From positions 1 through 36,437 of IMG/VR virus record IMGVR_UViG_3300012952_000048: a stretch of 36,437 nt of DNA, one strand, 5' to 3'. This stretch comes from a virus (taxonomy: Duplodnaviria > Caudoviricetes). The position numbers were made by a program, and so were the translations under genes. Shown piece after piece: positions 26,030 through 34,189 of this stretch. The notes beneath the pieces are model-generated. The model ran no database searches. It saw only the letters and a list, made by a program, of their open reading frames with translations, and had not been told where the DNA came from. How positions within the stretch are numbered: position 1 is the first letter of the stretch; every line of letters begins with the position of its first letter.

Positions 26030-26548
26030 CTACAATTTGCCAACCTCGTCGCCGATCATCGTCCAGCCTTCTCTCTGTTTCGATCTGCTGAACATATAGA
26101 GATAATCCCCGACAGAGCGCGCCTCGACAAGGTCATAGAATGCCTCTGGCTTCTGGGAGTGCTTTCGCTTCTGAGCCTTGATAACGCTTGAGATCGAATT
26201 GACTGGACGCTTGAGAGCGGCGCCTCTTCCCCTCGTTCCGAAAAGGCAAAGCTCATGCTGTCCCCGAAAATAGTAGCCGAGACCGAAAGAAGGCTTGATC
26301 CAGCAAAGGTTCGTTATGTAACGGAAGCCCAGCGCATCGAATACGCGGAGACCGTCGGCAAGAAAATTGTTCGTCACCCAAAGATAGAAGTGAAGGTCTT
26401 CGCCTAGCTTAACTGTGTCCAGCCAGTCCCCCATGAGGTCGATCCCGTCGTCTGTTTTCAATAGCCGATAATGACGATCCGCTCCTCGCTTGATCCTTCC
26501 TCCGCCTTTCTCGTTCCATGGCGGATCTGCCACTATAGTCCTGATCAC
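26030..26548 (-). CDS. MT-A70 family adenine methyltransferase
   Basis: IVADPPW, YLWVTN, WIK..FGLGYYFRGQHE and HSQKP motifs. Confidence 0.9.
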   Translation of the reverse strand: MIRTIVADPPWNEKGGGRIKRGADRHYRLLKTDDGIDLMGDWLDTVKLGEDLHFYLWVTNNFLADGLRVFDALGFRYITNLCWIKPSFGLGYYFRGQHELCLFGTRGRGAALKRPVNSISSVIKAQKRKHSQKPEAFYDLVEARSVGDYLYMFSRSKQREGWTMIGDEVGKL

Positions 26549-26551
26549 CAA

Positions 26552-26653
26552 TTACCTCCTTACAACCATAATTATAATGCAGCCCGTAACCAGACCGACG
26601 ACCACAAGCATAAGCAGAAACCAGATCTGATGAGCCATGAAGATCGCGTCCAT
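26552..26653 (-). CDS. 33-aa single-pass membrane peptide
   Basis: MDAIFMAHQIWFLLMLVVVGLVTGCIIIMVVRR; fills the gap and carries the RBS of the next gene. Confidence 0.55.
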   Translation of the reverse strand: MDAIFMAHQIWFLLMLVVVGLVTGCIIIMVVRR

Positions 26654-26678
26654 TAACTCGGTCCATATATAGATAAGA

Positions 26679-27152
26679 TCATCGACCATTCCGCAAGATG
26701 CCCATCCAAGCCTTTTGATTTTCAAGAACAAAGCTGTCCGTCAACCGCTTCGCTTTCATGTCCTCTATCCAGCGCCAAAGACCGTCTATGCTTACATCCT
26801 TGATCTTGACATCGGAGAAGATGCCAGAAGAGCCATTCTCGCGCAGGTAGACCCTGAGCGCGGCTATAGCCTCATAGTCCCCCTGCATACCGTTTAAATC
26901 CAGAGGACAGCCAAATACGGAGTAATGAGACCGCTCTATCTCGTCGGCTCCTGCCCAGTACTCGCAAAGGATGAAAACGCTGTTCGACGAATCATCCGAG
27001 AACGTATCCATCGAAAGACCCATCAGACAAGTGTAGTCCTCTCCGCCTACCATGTGCGGCTCAATGAAAGACCCGAAAGGCGTTAGATCAAACGCCTGAT
27101 AGCCCCATAAAAGCATTCTAAGCTCTTCCCTGAGCATCTCTCTAATCTGCAT
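26679..27152 (-). CDS. hypothetical protein
   Basis: Starts 10 nt after terminase stop; AGGGGG RBS. Confidence 0.7.
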   Translation of the reverse strand: MQIREMLREELRMLLWGYQAFDLTPFGSFIEPHMVGGEDYTCLMGLSMDTFSDDSSNSVFILCEYWAGADEIERSHYSVFGCPLDLNGMQGDYEAIAALRVYLRENGSSGIFSDVKIKDVSIDGLWRWIEDMKAKRLTDSFVLENQKAWMGILRNGR

Positions 27153-27162
27153 AGCAAACCCC

Positions 27163-28860
27163 CTATAAAGCCTCGTATGAGCCCGTCATCTGAGCCATGT
27201 CGAAAGCTATCCGATCATAGACATCGGCGAAACGATAATGGTCAGGCGCGCTCCCTTCTGTCCAGATCACCCGAGATCTCTCGGTGTCAAGAACTCGGAC
27301 AGGCGCTCGCATCTGTTCCAAGTAGCCGAGAACAGTGAACACGTCGGAAGGAATCAAACGCTTTCCATTCACGATCTCGTCAAAGGTTACGTCCATAACC
27401 TGAGTCCTGTCAACCGTTACGATCCGATCCCGCCAGTTAAGCTTTCGACCATAGCTCTCGCTTGAGACCTTGGCGTTAGGATGGAAACGGCAGAGCCACA
27501 CCCGACAGTCTGTCTCGCGAGTCGCCCAGTCCCGTAGCTCCTGACACTTCCGCGTCTCTGGCATCGAGTCGATAACCATCGAGTCTATATTAAATCGGAG
27601 AATCAGATCTTGAAGCTCGGAGAAATGTCGGCAGGCGCCGATTAGAACCGACTTCCGAACGACCTCCTCGTCCCCTGTCTCTTCGTCGCGAACAATCTTG
27701 TGAGCGACCGAAATCGTATAGTTAAGAACGGAACCAACGTCAACGCCGCAAGACACCACGAGATCGTCATAAAAATCCCCGCCACCATAGTCCAAGACAT
27801 CGCCTGTCGCAACAGCGCGAAGATGGTCTCCTGATAGTCTCGCTCCGCTGTATTCAAAGCCTTGCCCAAGTACGGAAGTGTAAAAGGTGGATAACCTGTT
27901 GATATCACCCTGAGCAAGCATCCATTCCTTGAATAGACCCGTCAGGCTGTCGCTCAGTACGTCCAATCGGCTGATCCTGTAGCTCCTTCGGTCTCGGCTA
28001 CCATAGGAGGCGACCCACTCTCCAACCCTGTTCCGCTGGAAAGGCTGCTGGCACTTCCGACACACTGGACGGATCTCCCGCGTCAATTGGTCCCAGTTAG
28101 AAACATTCAGACCCCGAACCTCTGGATCCCTCGGAACATATTCCCCAGTATCATCATCCCGAATAACGACATTCTCAAACCAGTCCAAGTTCTGCCACTC
28201 TCCGCACCTCGGACACTGAGTCACCCAAAGACGCTGATCACCCTCGTCGAAAAGCTTGCAGATCCCGACATTCGGAAGAGTCGGGTTTCCAAGCCTGTAG
28301 ATCTTCGGATCCTTCGACGCTCTCAGACGGTCGCGAGCTTTCGCGAGGTTCGCAGGATCGCACTGGTCAAGCTCGTCGATGATCAACGTGTCAGCAGAAA
28401 ACTCGACGAAGTCTATCGTCGTATTGGAGCCGAGAAAAAGAAGCGAACCGCTTCCGAAACGCTTGAGCTTGTTGTTCCCTGTATCCCAGCGAGTCCCTTC
28501 CCTGTTCGATGGCAATAGCTCCCGATAGCCTTCCGACTGCAACAGAATCCGATTTATCCGCTGAGCTACAAAACGATCCCGAGCGCCAAAGGTCGGAAGA
28601 ATATAGGCGACGATCTTCCCCTTCCAACCAGCATGATGCAACGCGAGACAGATGAAAAGCTCAGAGAGTCCCGTCTGCACACCCTTGCAGATGTCCGCAC
28701 CTTGACCATCGGGAAGTTCCGCATATAACGCAGGCAAAAAAGGAAAATCCAAAAAGGACATAGCCTCGCCCCGAGTGTTCCTGTGGTGCGTCAACGCTTG
28801 ACCAACCATCGGGAACATCGAGCAAGTCTCACCGAGCAAGCTCCTATATTCGTTCAACAA
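27163..28860 (-). CDS. terL: terminase large subunit (lambda GpA family)
   Basis: KGVQTGLSE (GpA-type Walker A), LIIDELD Walker B, GNPT, DQRLW..CPRCGEWQ.LDW zinc motif, GVDVG nuclease motif, DHYRFA. Confidence 0.92.
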   Translation of the reverse strand: MLNEYRSLLGETCSMFPMVGQALTHHRNTRGEAMSFLDFPFLPALYAELPDGQGADICKGVQTGLSELFICLALHHAGWKGKIVAYILPTFGARDRFVAQRINRILLQSEGYRELLPSNREGTRWDTGNNKLKRFGSGSLLFLGSNTTIDFVEFSADTLIIDELDQCDPANLAKARDRLRASKDPKIYRLGNPTLPNVGICKLFDEGDQRLWVTQCPRCGEWQNLDWFENVVIRDDDTGEYVPRDPEVRGLNVSNWDQLTREIRPVCRKCQQPFQRNRVGEWVASYGSRDRRSYRISRLDVLSDSLTGLFKEWMLAQGDINRLSTFYTSVLGQGFEYSGARLSGDHLRAVATGDVLDYGGGDFYDDLVVSCGVDVGSVLNYTISVAHKIVRDEETGDEEVVRKSVLIGACRHFSELQDLILRFNIDSMVIDSMPETRKCQELRDWATRETDCRVWLCRFHPNAKVSSESYGRKLNWRDRIVTVDRTQVMDVTFDEIVNGKRLIPSDVFTVLGYLEQMRAPVRVLDTERSRVIWTEGSAPDHYRFADVYDRIAFDMAQMTGSYEAL

Positions 28861-28933
28861 AAATTTTTCCCCTTGTCAAGACTTCGACCATAAGGTAACT
28901 ATAACATAACGAGTTATGTAGGGAAGGCAAAAC

Positions 28934-29239
28934 ATGAAATGTCCAAAGTGCGAATCTAATTGGAATGTAAAAAACACAGCGGACAGTTCACAAACAGAAA
29001 GACAGGCTCTTATCTCAATCGTCGAACCCCTACTCGCTTGGTACGGGGGAGACTTCAGAGTCCGAGCGAGAGAATGCAGAGAATGCAAAGAACGAGGACA
29101 CACCGTCGAAATATCCATCGAAGATCTCCTCGGAATGCTACAGCACGCAAGAACAGACCCAAAGCTACAAGCTGGAGCAGTCGAGGTCTGGTGTGACCTG
29201 CAAGCTATCGCACACTGTCAAAAGAAAACACCCATCTAA
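28934..29239 (+). CDS. NrdR-N-terminal-like zinc-ribbon protein, possible transcription regulator
   Basis: MKCPKC...VKNT...RARECRECKERGHTVE resembles the NrdR zinc ribbon; no ATP-cone. Confidence 0.65.
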   Translation: MKCPKCESNWNVKNTADSSQTERQALISIVEPLLAWYGGDFRVRARECRECKERGHTVEISIEDLLGMLQHARTDPKLQAGAVEVWCDLQAIAHCQKKTPI

Positions 29240-29378
29240 AACGTAAATTTGGACGGAAAAAATTCGCGGGGTAGGGGCAGAGGAGAAAGGGCTTTCTTCT
29301 AAAACGGCGCCCGAGGGGGGGGTAAACCTCCCCGAATTGGAGAGCCCCTCTCTGGTTGCAAAAAAATAATCTTTTTTG

Positions 29379-29406
29379 TTGACACTATCGCACTCTGTGT
29401 TATTAT
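29379..29406 (+). promoter_or_regulatory. sigma70-like promoter with operator-like palindrome
   Basis: TTGACA-16 bp-TATTAT; TATCGCACTCTGTGTTA. Confidence 0.85.
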
Positions 29407-29440
29407 GTAGTTGTAAGACAACCAACCAAGGAGAACCACA

Positions 29441-29968
29441 ATGGACCGTCTCGTAATCACAACCGACTCAAAAGGGCAGAAGATAGCTGTCCTCTTCGAC
29501 CTCTCTAAAAGCTGGGGAGAAGTTAAGGCGAACAGCGCTGACCAAATGCAGACCAAGCTCTTCAGCGATCTTCTCTTCGCTCAGCTTAAAGACGCAACCG
29601 ACAGCAAGGGCAACAGGGCGACCGCTGATGATATCAGCGAAGCTATGCGCTTGGAATGGGACAGCCTCAACACCGAACGCAAGGGAAGCGGAAAGGGCTG
29701 GGCTGTCAAGCTTGGCGACCACTTGCTCCACCACCGCACAAAGGGAACCATGTTCATGCAGGGTGTCGCTCTCGACACTCTCGTTATCGAAGCTGTAGAG
29801 TCGGCGCCTAAGAAGGTCCGAGGCTCCCGCAATGGCGTAACCCTTGCGCGTAAAGCTGTCCGCTCTCTTCTTCCTGTGGCTCTCTGGAAGATGGTCAACC
29901 TGACAGACGCGCAGATCTTCAGCGGCGCCGAAGCTGTGGAAAAGTGGAACGAGCTTCAAGGCGCATAG
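29441..29968 (+). CDS. hypothetical protein
   Basis: CCAAGGAGA RBS; biased codons. Confidence 0.8.
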   Translation: MDRLVITTDSKGQKIAVLFDLSKSWGEVKANSADQMQTKLFSDLLFAQLKDATDSKGNRATADDISEAMRLEWDSLNTERKGSGKGWAVKLGDHLLHHRTKGTMFMQGVALDTLVIEAVESAPKKVRGSRNGVTLARKAVRSLLPVALWKMVNLTDAQIFSGAEAVEKWNELQGA

Positions 29969-30073
29969 CCTTGCTCGGTCTTCTTATGACTTGCCCCCAT
30001 GACCTACCCCCCCATGGTAGGCATGGGGAGCCTATGAACCAATCAATCACCAACAAAACCAAACGGAGAAGAT

Positions 30074-30472
30074 ATGAGGATACCGCAATCAGACAGGCAT
30101 GAGATGGAAGAACAGATCTCAAAGCTTGAATCAATACGAGAACAGATGGAGACTGCTGTCGCCGACCTTATCCTTGAGATGAAGGACAGCGGGAACGCTA
30201 CCACCATCCTCACCCTTGAGGAGCAATGGAACGACACCAGAGCCAAGCTCATGGGTCTCGCTCAGGCAGCGCAGGACAAAGCTCAGGAGAGCTATGATGA
30301 GAAGCAAGACGACCGAGTCGAAAGCATGATCGACAGTATCGAGGACTTTAAGTCGGAGATCGATGCGGAGGAATGGGGCATAACACTCGACGACATCGAC
30401 GACGCTATCGACGCAGCGGTAAGCTATCCAGACGTTCCAGAGATGCCCTGCCTGTCTTCGGATCAGTACTGA
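30074..30472 (+). CDS. acidic coiled-coil hypothetical protein
   Basis: AAACGGAGA RBS. Confidence 0.8.
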   Translation: MRIPQSDRHEMEEQISKLESIREQMETAVADLILEMKDSGNATTILTLEEQWNDTRAKLMGLAQAAQDKAQESYDEKQDDRVESMIDSIEDFKSEIDAEEWGITLDDIDDAIDAAVSYPDVPEMPCLSSDQY

Positions 30473-30562
30473 CGGACGAGGTATGCGCTCGGTGTTCCAT
30501 GTGGAACACTGTAGCGCAGTACGTCGAACAGGAATTAAAATAATCTTTTTTGATCTTTCTCC

Positions 30563-30590
30563 TTGCGGCTAACGCATAGTGTGCTATTAT
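30563..30590 (+). promoter_or_regulatory. sigma70-like promoter with operator-like palindrome
   Basis: TTGCGG-16 bp-TATTAT; TAACGCATAGTGTGCTA. Confidence 0.75.
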
Positions 30591-30626
30591 ATAAGTGTAA
30601 GACAAACCAACCCAACGGAGAAAACA

Positions 30627-30848
30627 ATGATTTACCCAGTAGGAACCGAACTCATCAGCACCGACACCGACAGCAAGGGCAACAAGACCAAGACGCTCTG
30701 GAGAGTTGTGAAGGTCGAAGGAAACGTCATGACGATGGAAACTCTTCGCTGGAGCGGCAGTTATAACCAAGCTTGGAACGGTGGCGGCATCTCATACACC
30801 GAGACCCGCGAAGTCGTCATCAACGAGAACAACGAGACAGTGGAGTAA
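30627..30848 (+). CDS. small beta-rich hypothetical protein
   Basis: ATG after CAACGGAGA; 73 aa. Confidence 0.8.
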   Translation: MIYPVGTELISTDTDSKGNKTKTLWRVVKVEGNVMTMETLRWSGSYNQAWNGGGISYTETREVVINENNETVE

Positions 30849-30851
30849 ATC

Positions 30852-31040
30852 ATGACCTACATTATCGACCCAGACTTCCAGTCCGAGTATCTTCTCGGAC
30901 CCTCCATCCTCCTCCGAGTCGACTCCCGACTCGTTCGCGGTGGATACGTCTACACCTACGCGCCTATCGACATGGATGGAAGACCCATCATGCGCGAGGC
31001 ATTTGAGGACTCATTCGGCGAGGTGATCCCCCGAAAATAA
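30852..31040 (+). CDS. hypothetical protein
   Basis: GGAG RBS; 3 nt after upstream stop. Confidence 0.65.
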   Translation: MTYIIDPDFQSEYLLGPSILLRVDSRLVRGGYVYTYAPIDMDGRPIMREAFEDSFGEVIPRK

Positions 31041-31054
31041 AATAATCTTTTTCC

Positions 31055-31082
31055 TTGCATGTATCGCATAGTGTGATACAAT
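31055..31082 (+). promoter_or_regulatory. sigma70-like promoter with operator-like palindrome
   Basis: TTGCAT-16 bp-TACAAT; TATCGCATAGTGTGATA. Confidence 0.8.
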
Positions 31083-31123
31083 GTAAATGTAAGACAAACC
31101 ACTAACCACAATCGGAGATCAAG

Positions 31124-31297
31124 ATGTTCCCAGAAATGAATCCAGCGCTCGCCGCTCGCGAAGCCCTCCTCCTCGCCGCTGACGAAGCAGCAGAGAACCG
31201 AGAGGACAAAGCTCCTCTTCCTCAAGCTGTGATCGTGGATGAGCAGAAGGCTGAAGCCGCAGCCGCGCTCTTCGCTCTTCTTGAGCTTCCCTTCTAA
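31124..31297 (+). CDS. 57-aa Ala-rich protein ending ...LLELPF
   Basis: CGGAGA RBS after promoter; below ORF-track cutoff. Confidence 0.75.
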   Translation: MFPEMNPALAAREALLLAADEAAENREDKAPLPQAVIVDEQKAEAAAALFALLELPF

Positions 31298-31492
31298 GGG
31301 GAAGAGACTCCTCTCTCCCCGATGGGGGAGGGTGGATCTTTATCAGGTATCCTCATCTGTGTAGTGTGCTAAGTCAATCCTTGACGCATCCGCTGCCGTC
31401 GCTCAGTGCTGAAGTAATGAGGAAAGCGACATTTATATTCGATGGACTGCGCTCTAATGTCCGAATAAATAAAGGTTTTTTCAAAATACTCC

Positions 31493-31520
31493 TTGCATAT
31501 ATCGCATTATGTGGTATTAT
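31493..31520 (+). promoter_or_regulatory. sigma70-like promoter with operator-like palindrome
   Basis: TTGCAT-16 bp-TATTAT; TATCGCATTATGTGGTA. Confidence 0.8.
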
Positions 31521-31551
31521 ATAAGTGTAAGCAAAAACAAACGGAGTTAAA

Positions 31552-31878
31552 ATGTTCAACCTCATCGACACCAACCTGACCGCAACCCAAATCATCGACA
31601 ACAACACCATATTGAGCGAAGCACTCTTCGCAATGAACCAAGAGGGCGACGACTGCCTTGAGATGGTTCAAGACTACATCATCAAGAGCCTCGGTCTGGA
31701 AGACACCCAGAGCATCCGCGACCAGATCTCTTATGAGCTTGTCGAAGTAGCTGGCGAGTCTTTTGAGTACGAGACCGCTGAAGAGCGCGACGAACACATG
31801 GACGAGATCGCTTACGAGCTTCGCTCGGAAGACGCTTGGTATGCTACCGCTCGCGAGTTCAACCGCTGGAACGCATAA
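31552..31878 (+). CDS. highly acidic 108-aa protein
   Basis: AAACGGAG RBS; monocistronic unit. Confidence 0.85.
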   Translation: MFNLIDTNLTATQIIDNNTILSEALFAMNQEGDDCLEMVQDYIIKSLGLEDTQSIRDQISYELVEVAGESFEYETAEERDEHMDEIAYELRSEDAWYATAREFNRWNA

Positions 31879-31884
31879 AGCGCC

Positions 31885-31907
31885 AAGCCCTTCGGGGCTT
31901 TTTTTTT
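31885..31907 (+). terminator. intrinsic terminator
   Basis: AAGCCC-TTCG-GGGCTT plus T tract. Confidence 0.9.
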
Positions 31908-31937
31908 GTTTTTTTTCGATTATTTTGTCGATTTCTC

Positions 31938-31965
31938 TTTACACTATCTCATTATATGTTATAAT
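31938..31965 (+). promoter_or_regulatory. sigma70-like promoter with operator-like palindrome
   Basis: TTTACA-16 bp-TATAAT; TATCTCATTATATGTTA. Confidence 0.8.
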
Positions 31966-31994
31966 AAGAACATAACCAACAACGGAGAACCATC

Positions 31995-32282
31995 ATGAAA
32001 AACCTTATCAGCCTCAACTCAAACAAATACATGGTCGTAATCATTCACGTTAACGACGTAGTCGAGAAAATCATCAATGTTCCGCATTATGATGCTGCTC
32101 AGCAATGGGTCTCAAAGGTTCGCAAATGCTCCCCGAAGATGATCGTCGTCCTCGACGAAGACGGAAACGACGAAACCCACATCTCTCGCGAAAGCGCCGA
32201 AGATCGCGGCGGCTTCATGTTCGGCGGAGGAAAGGCTTTCATGAGATGCGACGAGTCCGGTCGTACTTGGTGGACGAGCTAA
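31995..32282 (+). CDS. hypothetical protein
   Basis: CAACGGAGA RBS; monocistronic unit. Confidence 0.8.
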   Translation: MKNLISLNSNKYMVVIIHVNDVVEKIINVPHYDAAQQWVSKVRKCSPKMIVVLDEDGNDETHISRESAEDRGGFMFGGGKAFMRCDESGRTWWTS

Positions 32283-32289
32283 AGACCTC

Positions 32290-32312
32290 AAGCCCTTCGG
32301 GGCTTTTTTTTT
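32290..32312 (+). terminator. intrinsic terminator
   Basis: AAGCCC-TTCG-GGGCTT plus T tract, identical core to 31885. Confidence 0.9.
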
Positions 32313-32332
32313 GGCTTATTTTAATTTAGTTC

Positions 32333-32361
32333 TTGACTATTAACGCATTGTGCGCTATTAT
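32333..32361 (+). promoter_or_regulatory. sigma70-like promoter with operator-like palindrome
   Basis: TTGACT-17 bp-TATTAT; TAACGCATTGTGCGCTA. Confidence 0.85.
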
Positions 32362-32386
32362 ATAATTGTAAGCAACGGAGCAACCA

Positions 32387-32566
32387 ATGAAAAAATTCTT
32401 CCTCATCGACACCCAAGACGAAAACACAAGATTTTTCATTCGCGCCACCGTCAAGGTCGCCAACCAGACTATTCGCGACCTCCACGCTCAAGGCATCAAA
32501 GCCAATCTCCGAAGCTGCAAGAAAGCAAGCCAGAAGAGAGAAGCTCGCGAAGCACTCGCCGCCTAA
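32387..32566 (+). CDS. 59-aa basic protein ending ...REALAA
   Basis: CAACGGAG RBS; below ORF-track cutoff. Confidence 0.75.
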   Translation: MKKFFLIDTQDENTRFFIRATVKVANQTIRDLHAQGIKANLRSCKKASQKREAREALAA

Positions 32567-32629
32567 TCAACGTCCGCGCCGACGAGAGCGGCGCTTAACA
32601 TAACACAATCACAGGAGAGGATAGAGAAC

Positions 32630-33112
32630 ATGTCATTAGAGGAATACTGCGCTCAGCGCCTTACGAGAGCCATCTATGGGCTCGCCGAGGAGATGACTGA
32701 GTATATCATATTGCTGGAGAAGGCTGAGCCTCCGCCATGGATGAAGAACGATCAAGGCGCTTGCAGGGTAGCCGCAGAACTGCCGCTCGGCATGCCTCTC
32801 AAGGCTGCCGTCGTTAGGTCTACATCATGGGGGGAGGAGCGGTCCTTCCTTAGCGTCAGAGCCGCTCCTGACCGCTTCGTCGAGGTCGACATCCTGACGT
32901 ATCACAATCGGCTAACCTGCTTCGGCTCTCATAGCGGAGATGCCATTCTTGAGGAGAACTATGGGCGCCGCCGATGGCTCAAGGTCGCGAAGTTCGCAGA
33001 AGGCGCCGTCGTCGACATATTGATCGACCGCGATAACGGGATTGAGGATCCAGAGTATAATGGAGAAGACGAAGCCGAGGAGGAAAGCTTTCCCCTCTTG
33101 GAGGACCAATGA
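32630..33112 (+). CDS. hypothetical protein, acidic tail
   Basis: Purine-rich RBS; 160 aa. Confidence 0.7.
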   Translation: MSLEEYCAQRLTRAIYGLAEEMTEYIILLEKAEPPPWMKNDQGACRVAAELPLGMPLKAAVVRSTSWGEERSFLSVRAAPDRFVEVDILTYHNRLTCFGSHSGDAILEENYGRRRWLKVAKFAEGAVVDILIDRDNGIEDPEYNGEDEAEEESFPLLEDQ

Positions 33113-33321
33113 CACCCGCGCCAACAATCAAAGACAAGGTCGAGATCGAGACCGCGAGACTGGAGATCATGGTCCAGTACCTCTCGGACAAGGAGCTTCG
33201 CAGACTGATCAGAGCCAACCTCCGCAAGAGCAACCACAGAGACGCTCTCACGCGAGGACACGCGAGGCTCTCTGTGAGCATAGCCACCAAGGAACTCGGC
33301 GACAGGCGCCGAGCCTGCTGA
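33109..33321 (+). CDS. small basic hypothetical protein
   Basis: GGAGG RBS; ATGA overlap. Confidence 0.65.
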   Translation: MTPAPTIKDKVEIETARLEIMVQYLSDKELRRLIRANLRKSNHRDALTRGHARLSVSIATKELGDRRRAC

Positions 33322-33324
33322 GGC

Positions 33325-33621
33325 TTAGGGAAGCATCCCGAACCTTCGACCGCTGCGGCTATGGACCAGACCTTCGCCAAGGTGACGAAAGAAGTGATGA
33401 AGATCTCCATTCATGAAGTCGATCTTCCGAATGATGTTCTCAATCTGCTCTCTCTCTGTTCCGCTGGTGCGAGAGATGGTCTCAATGACTACGCCAGTAT
33501 CGACGAGGTGAAGGTTTCCGTCCTGATCGGTGATCTCCATAGTGCGAGAGTCAAGGTTCTTCTCAGAGAAGAAGCGACCGAGGAAAGATTCGCTGTGAAA
33601 GAATTTAGAAAAGTTGTTCAT
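33325..33621 (-). CDS. hypothetical protein (FFSEKNL...IRKIDFMNGDLHHFFRHL)
   Basis: CAACGGAGA RBS after operator-bearing promoter. Confidence 0.8.
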   Translation of the reverse strand: MNNFSKFFHSESFLGRFFSEKNLDSRTMEITDQDGNLHLVDTGVVIETISRTSGTEREQIENIIRKIDFMNGDLHHFFRHLGEGLVHSRSGRRFGMLP

Positions 33622-33646
33622 GATGATCTCCGTTGGTTATGTATGT

Positions 33647-33674
33647 ATATTAACGCACTGTGTATTAGTGTCAA
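33647..33674 (-). promoter_or_regulatory. sigma70-like promoter with operator-like palindrome
   Basis: Minus strand TTGACA-16 bp-TAATAT; TAATACACAGTGCGTTA. Confidence 0.8.
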
Positions 33675-33694
33675 GGAGATAATGGAAAAAGATC

Positions 33695-33724
33695 AAAAAA
33701 AAATCCCCCGCCGAAGCGAGGGGC
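33695..33724 (-). terminator. intrinsic terminator
   Basis: Minus strand CCCCTCGC-TTCG-GCGGGGG(A) followed by T tract. Confidence 0.85.
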
Positions 33725-33732
33725 TGGAATCT

Positions 33733-34035
33733 CTAATCGAGTCTATACTGTGCGGCGCGGCTCGCGAAGATTGCGAAGATCGCTGAGCGGATGGTTCGCG
33801 GCACGCGAGGGGGGCAGCTTGCGGGGCGGTGCGCTCGGAGGAACTTGCGGAACTCGATGTCGCCTCCTTTTCTCGCGAGGTGCGCGAGAGGAGCGAACGA
33901 GGAAACGAGGTCGTTAGCGTTGAGCCCTCGGTCAGCGGCGAAAGCGCGGACGGTGTTGACTGCGAAGTCGTTAAGCTCTACGAGGTCGGCTGCGGTTGCG
34001 GTTGCGATGATTGCTGGGGTTCTCATGGTTTTCAT
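33733..34035 (-). CDS. Ala/Arg-rich hypothetical protein
   Basis: ATG after CAACGGAGA; 100 aa; followed by terminator. Confidence 0.75.
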   Translation of the reverse strand: MKTMRTPAIIATATAADLVELNDFAVNTVRAFAADRGLNANDLVSSFAPLAHLARKGGDIEFRKFLRAHRPASCPPRVPRTIRSAIFAIFASRAAQYRLD

Positions 34036-34081
34036 TTTAGGTCTCCGTTGGTCTTGAAAGGGAAAGGGTATCATCCAGAAG

Positions 34082-34128
34082 AGCAGGTCTTATCGGCGCC
34101 TTCCAGAATGTCCCGCGCCCTTGCCTCA
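34082..34128 (-). repeat. 5' leader motif copy C (GAGGCAAGGGCG...AAGGCGCCGATAAGACCTGC)
   Basis: Homologous to 34929-34974 and 36318-36364; each lies right after a promoter. Confidence 0.75.
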
Positions 34129-34133
34129 TTTAT

Positions 34134-34161
34134 ATAGTATCACATAATGGGTTATAGTCAA
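34134..34161 (-). promoter_or_regulatory. sigma70-like promoter with operator-like palindrome
   Basis: Minus strand TTGACT-16 bp-TACTAT; TAACCCATTATGTGATA. Confidence 0.8.
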
Positions 34162-34189
34162 GAGAAAAGATCAAAAAGATTAAATTAAA

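Noticed and set aside
31270-31297. SSB C-terminal tail mimic (ELPF)
   Set aside because: Lacks the acidic DDD stretch preceding IPF/LPF in SSB tails; too weak to claim
31381-31410. Extra promoter at TTGACG 31381
   Set aside because: No -10 or operator at the proper distance; it forms half of a GTCAA/TTGAC hairpin
34082-34128. Cobalamin riboswitch (GGAAGGCGC...AGACCTGC)
   Set aside because: Lacks the GGGAA/CCCGC core and GCCACTG B12 box; far too short
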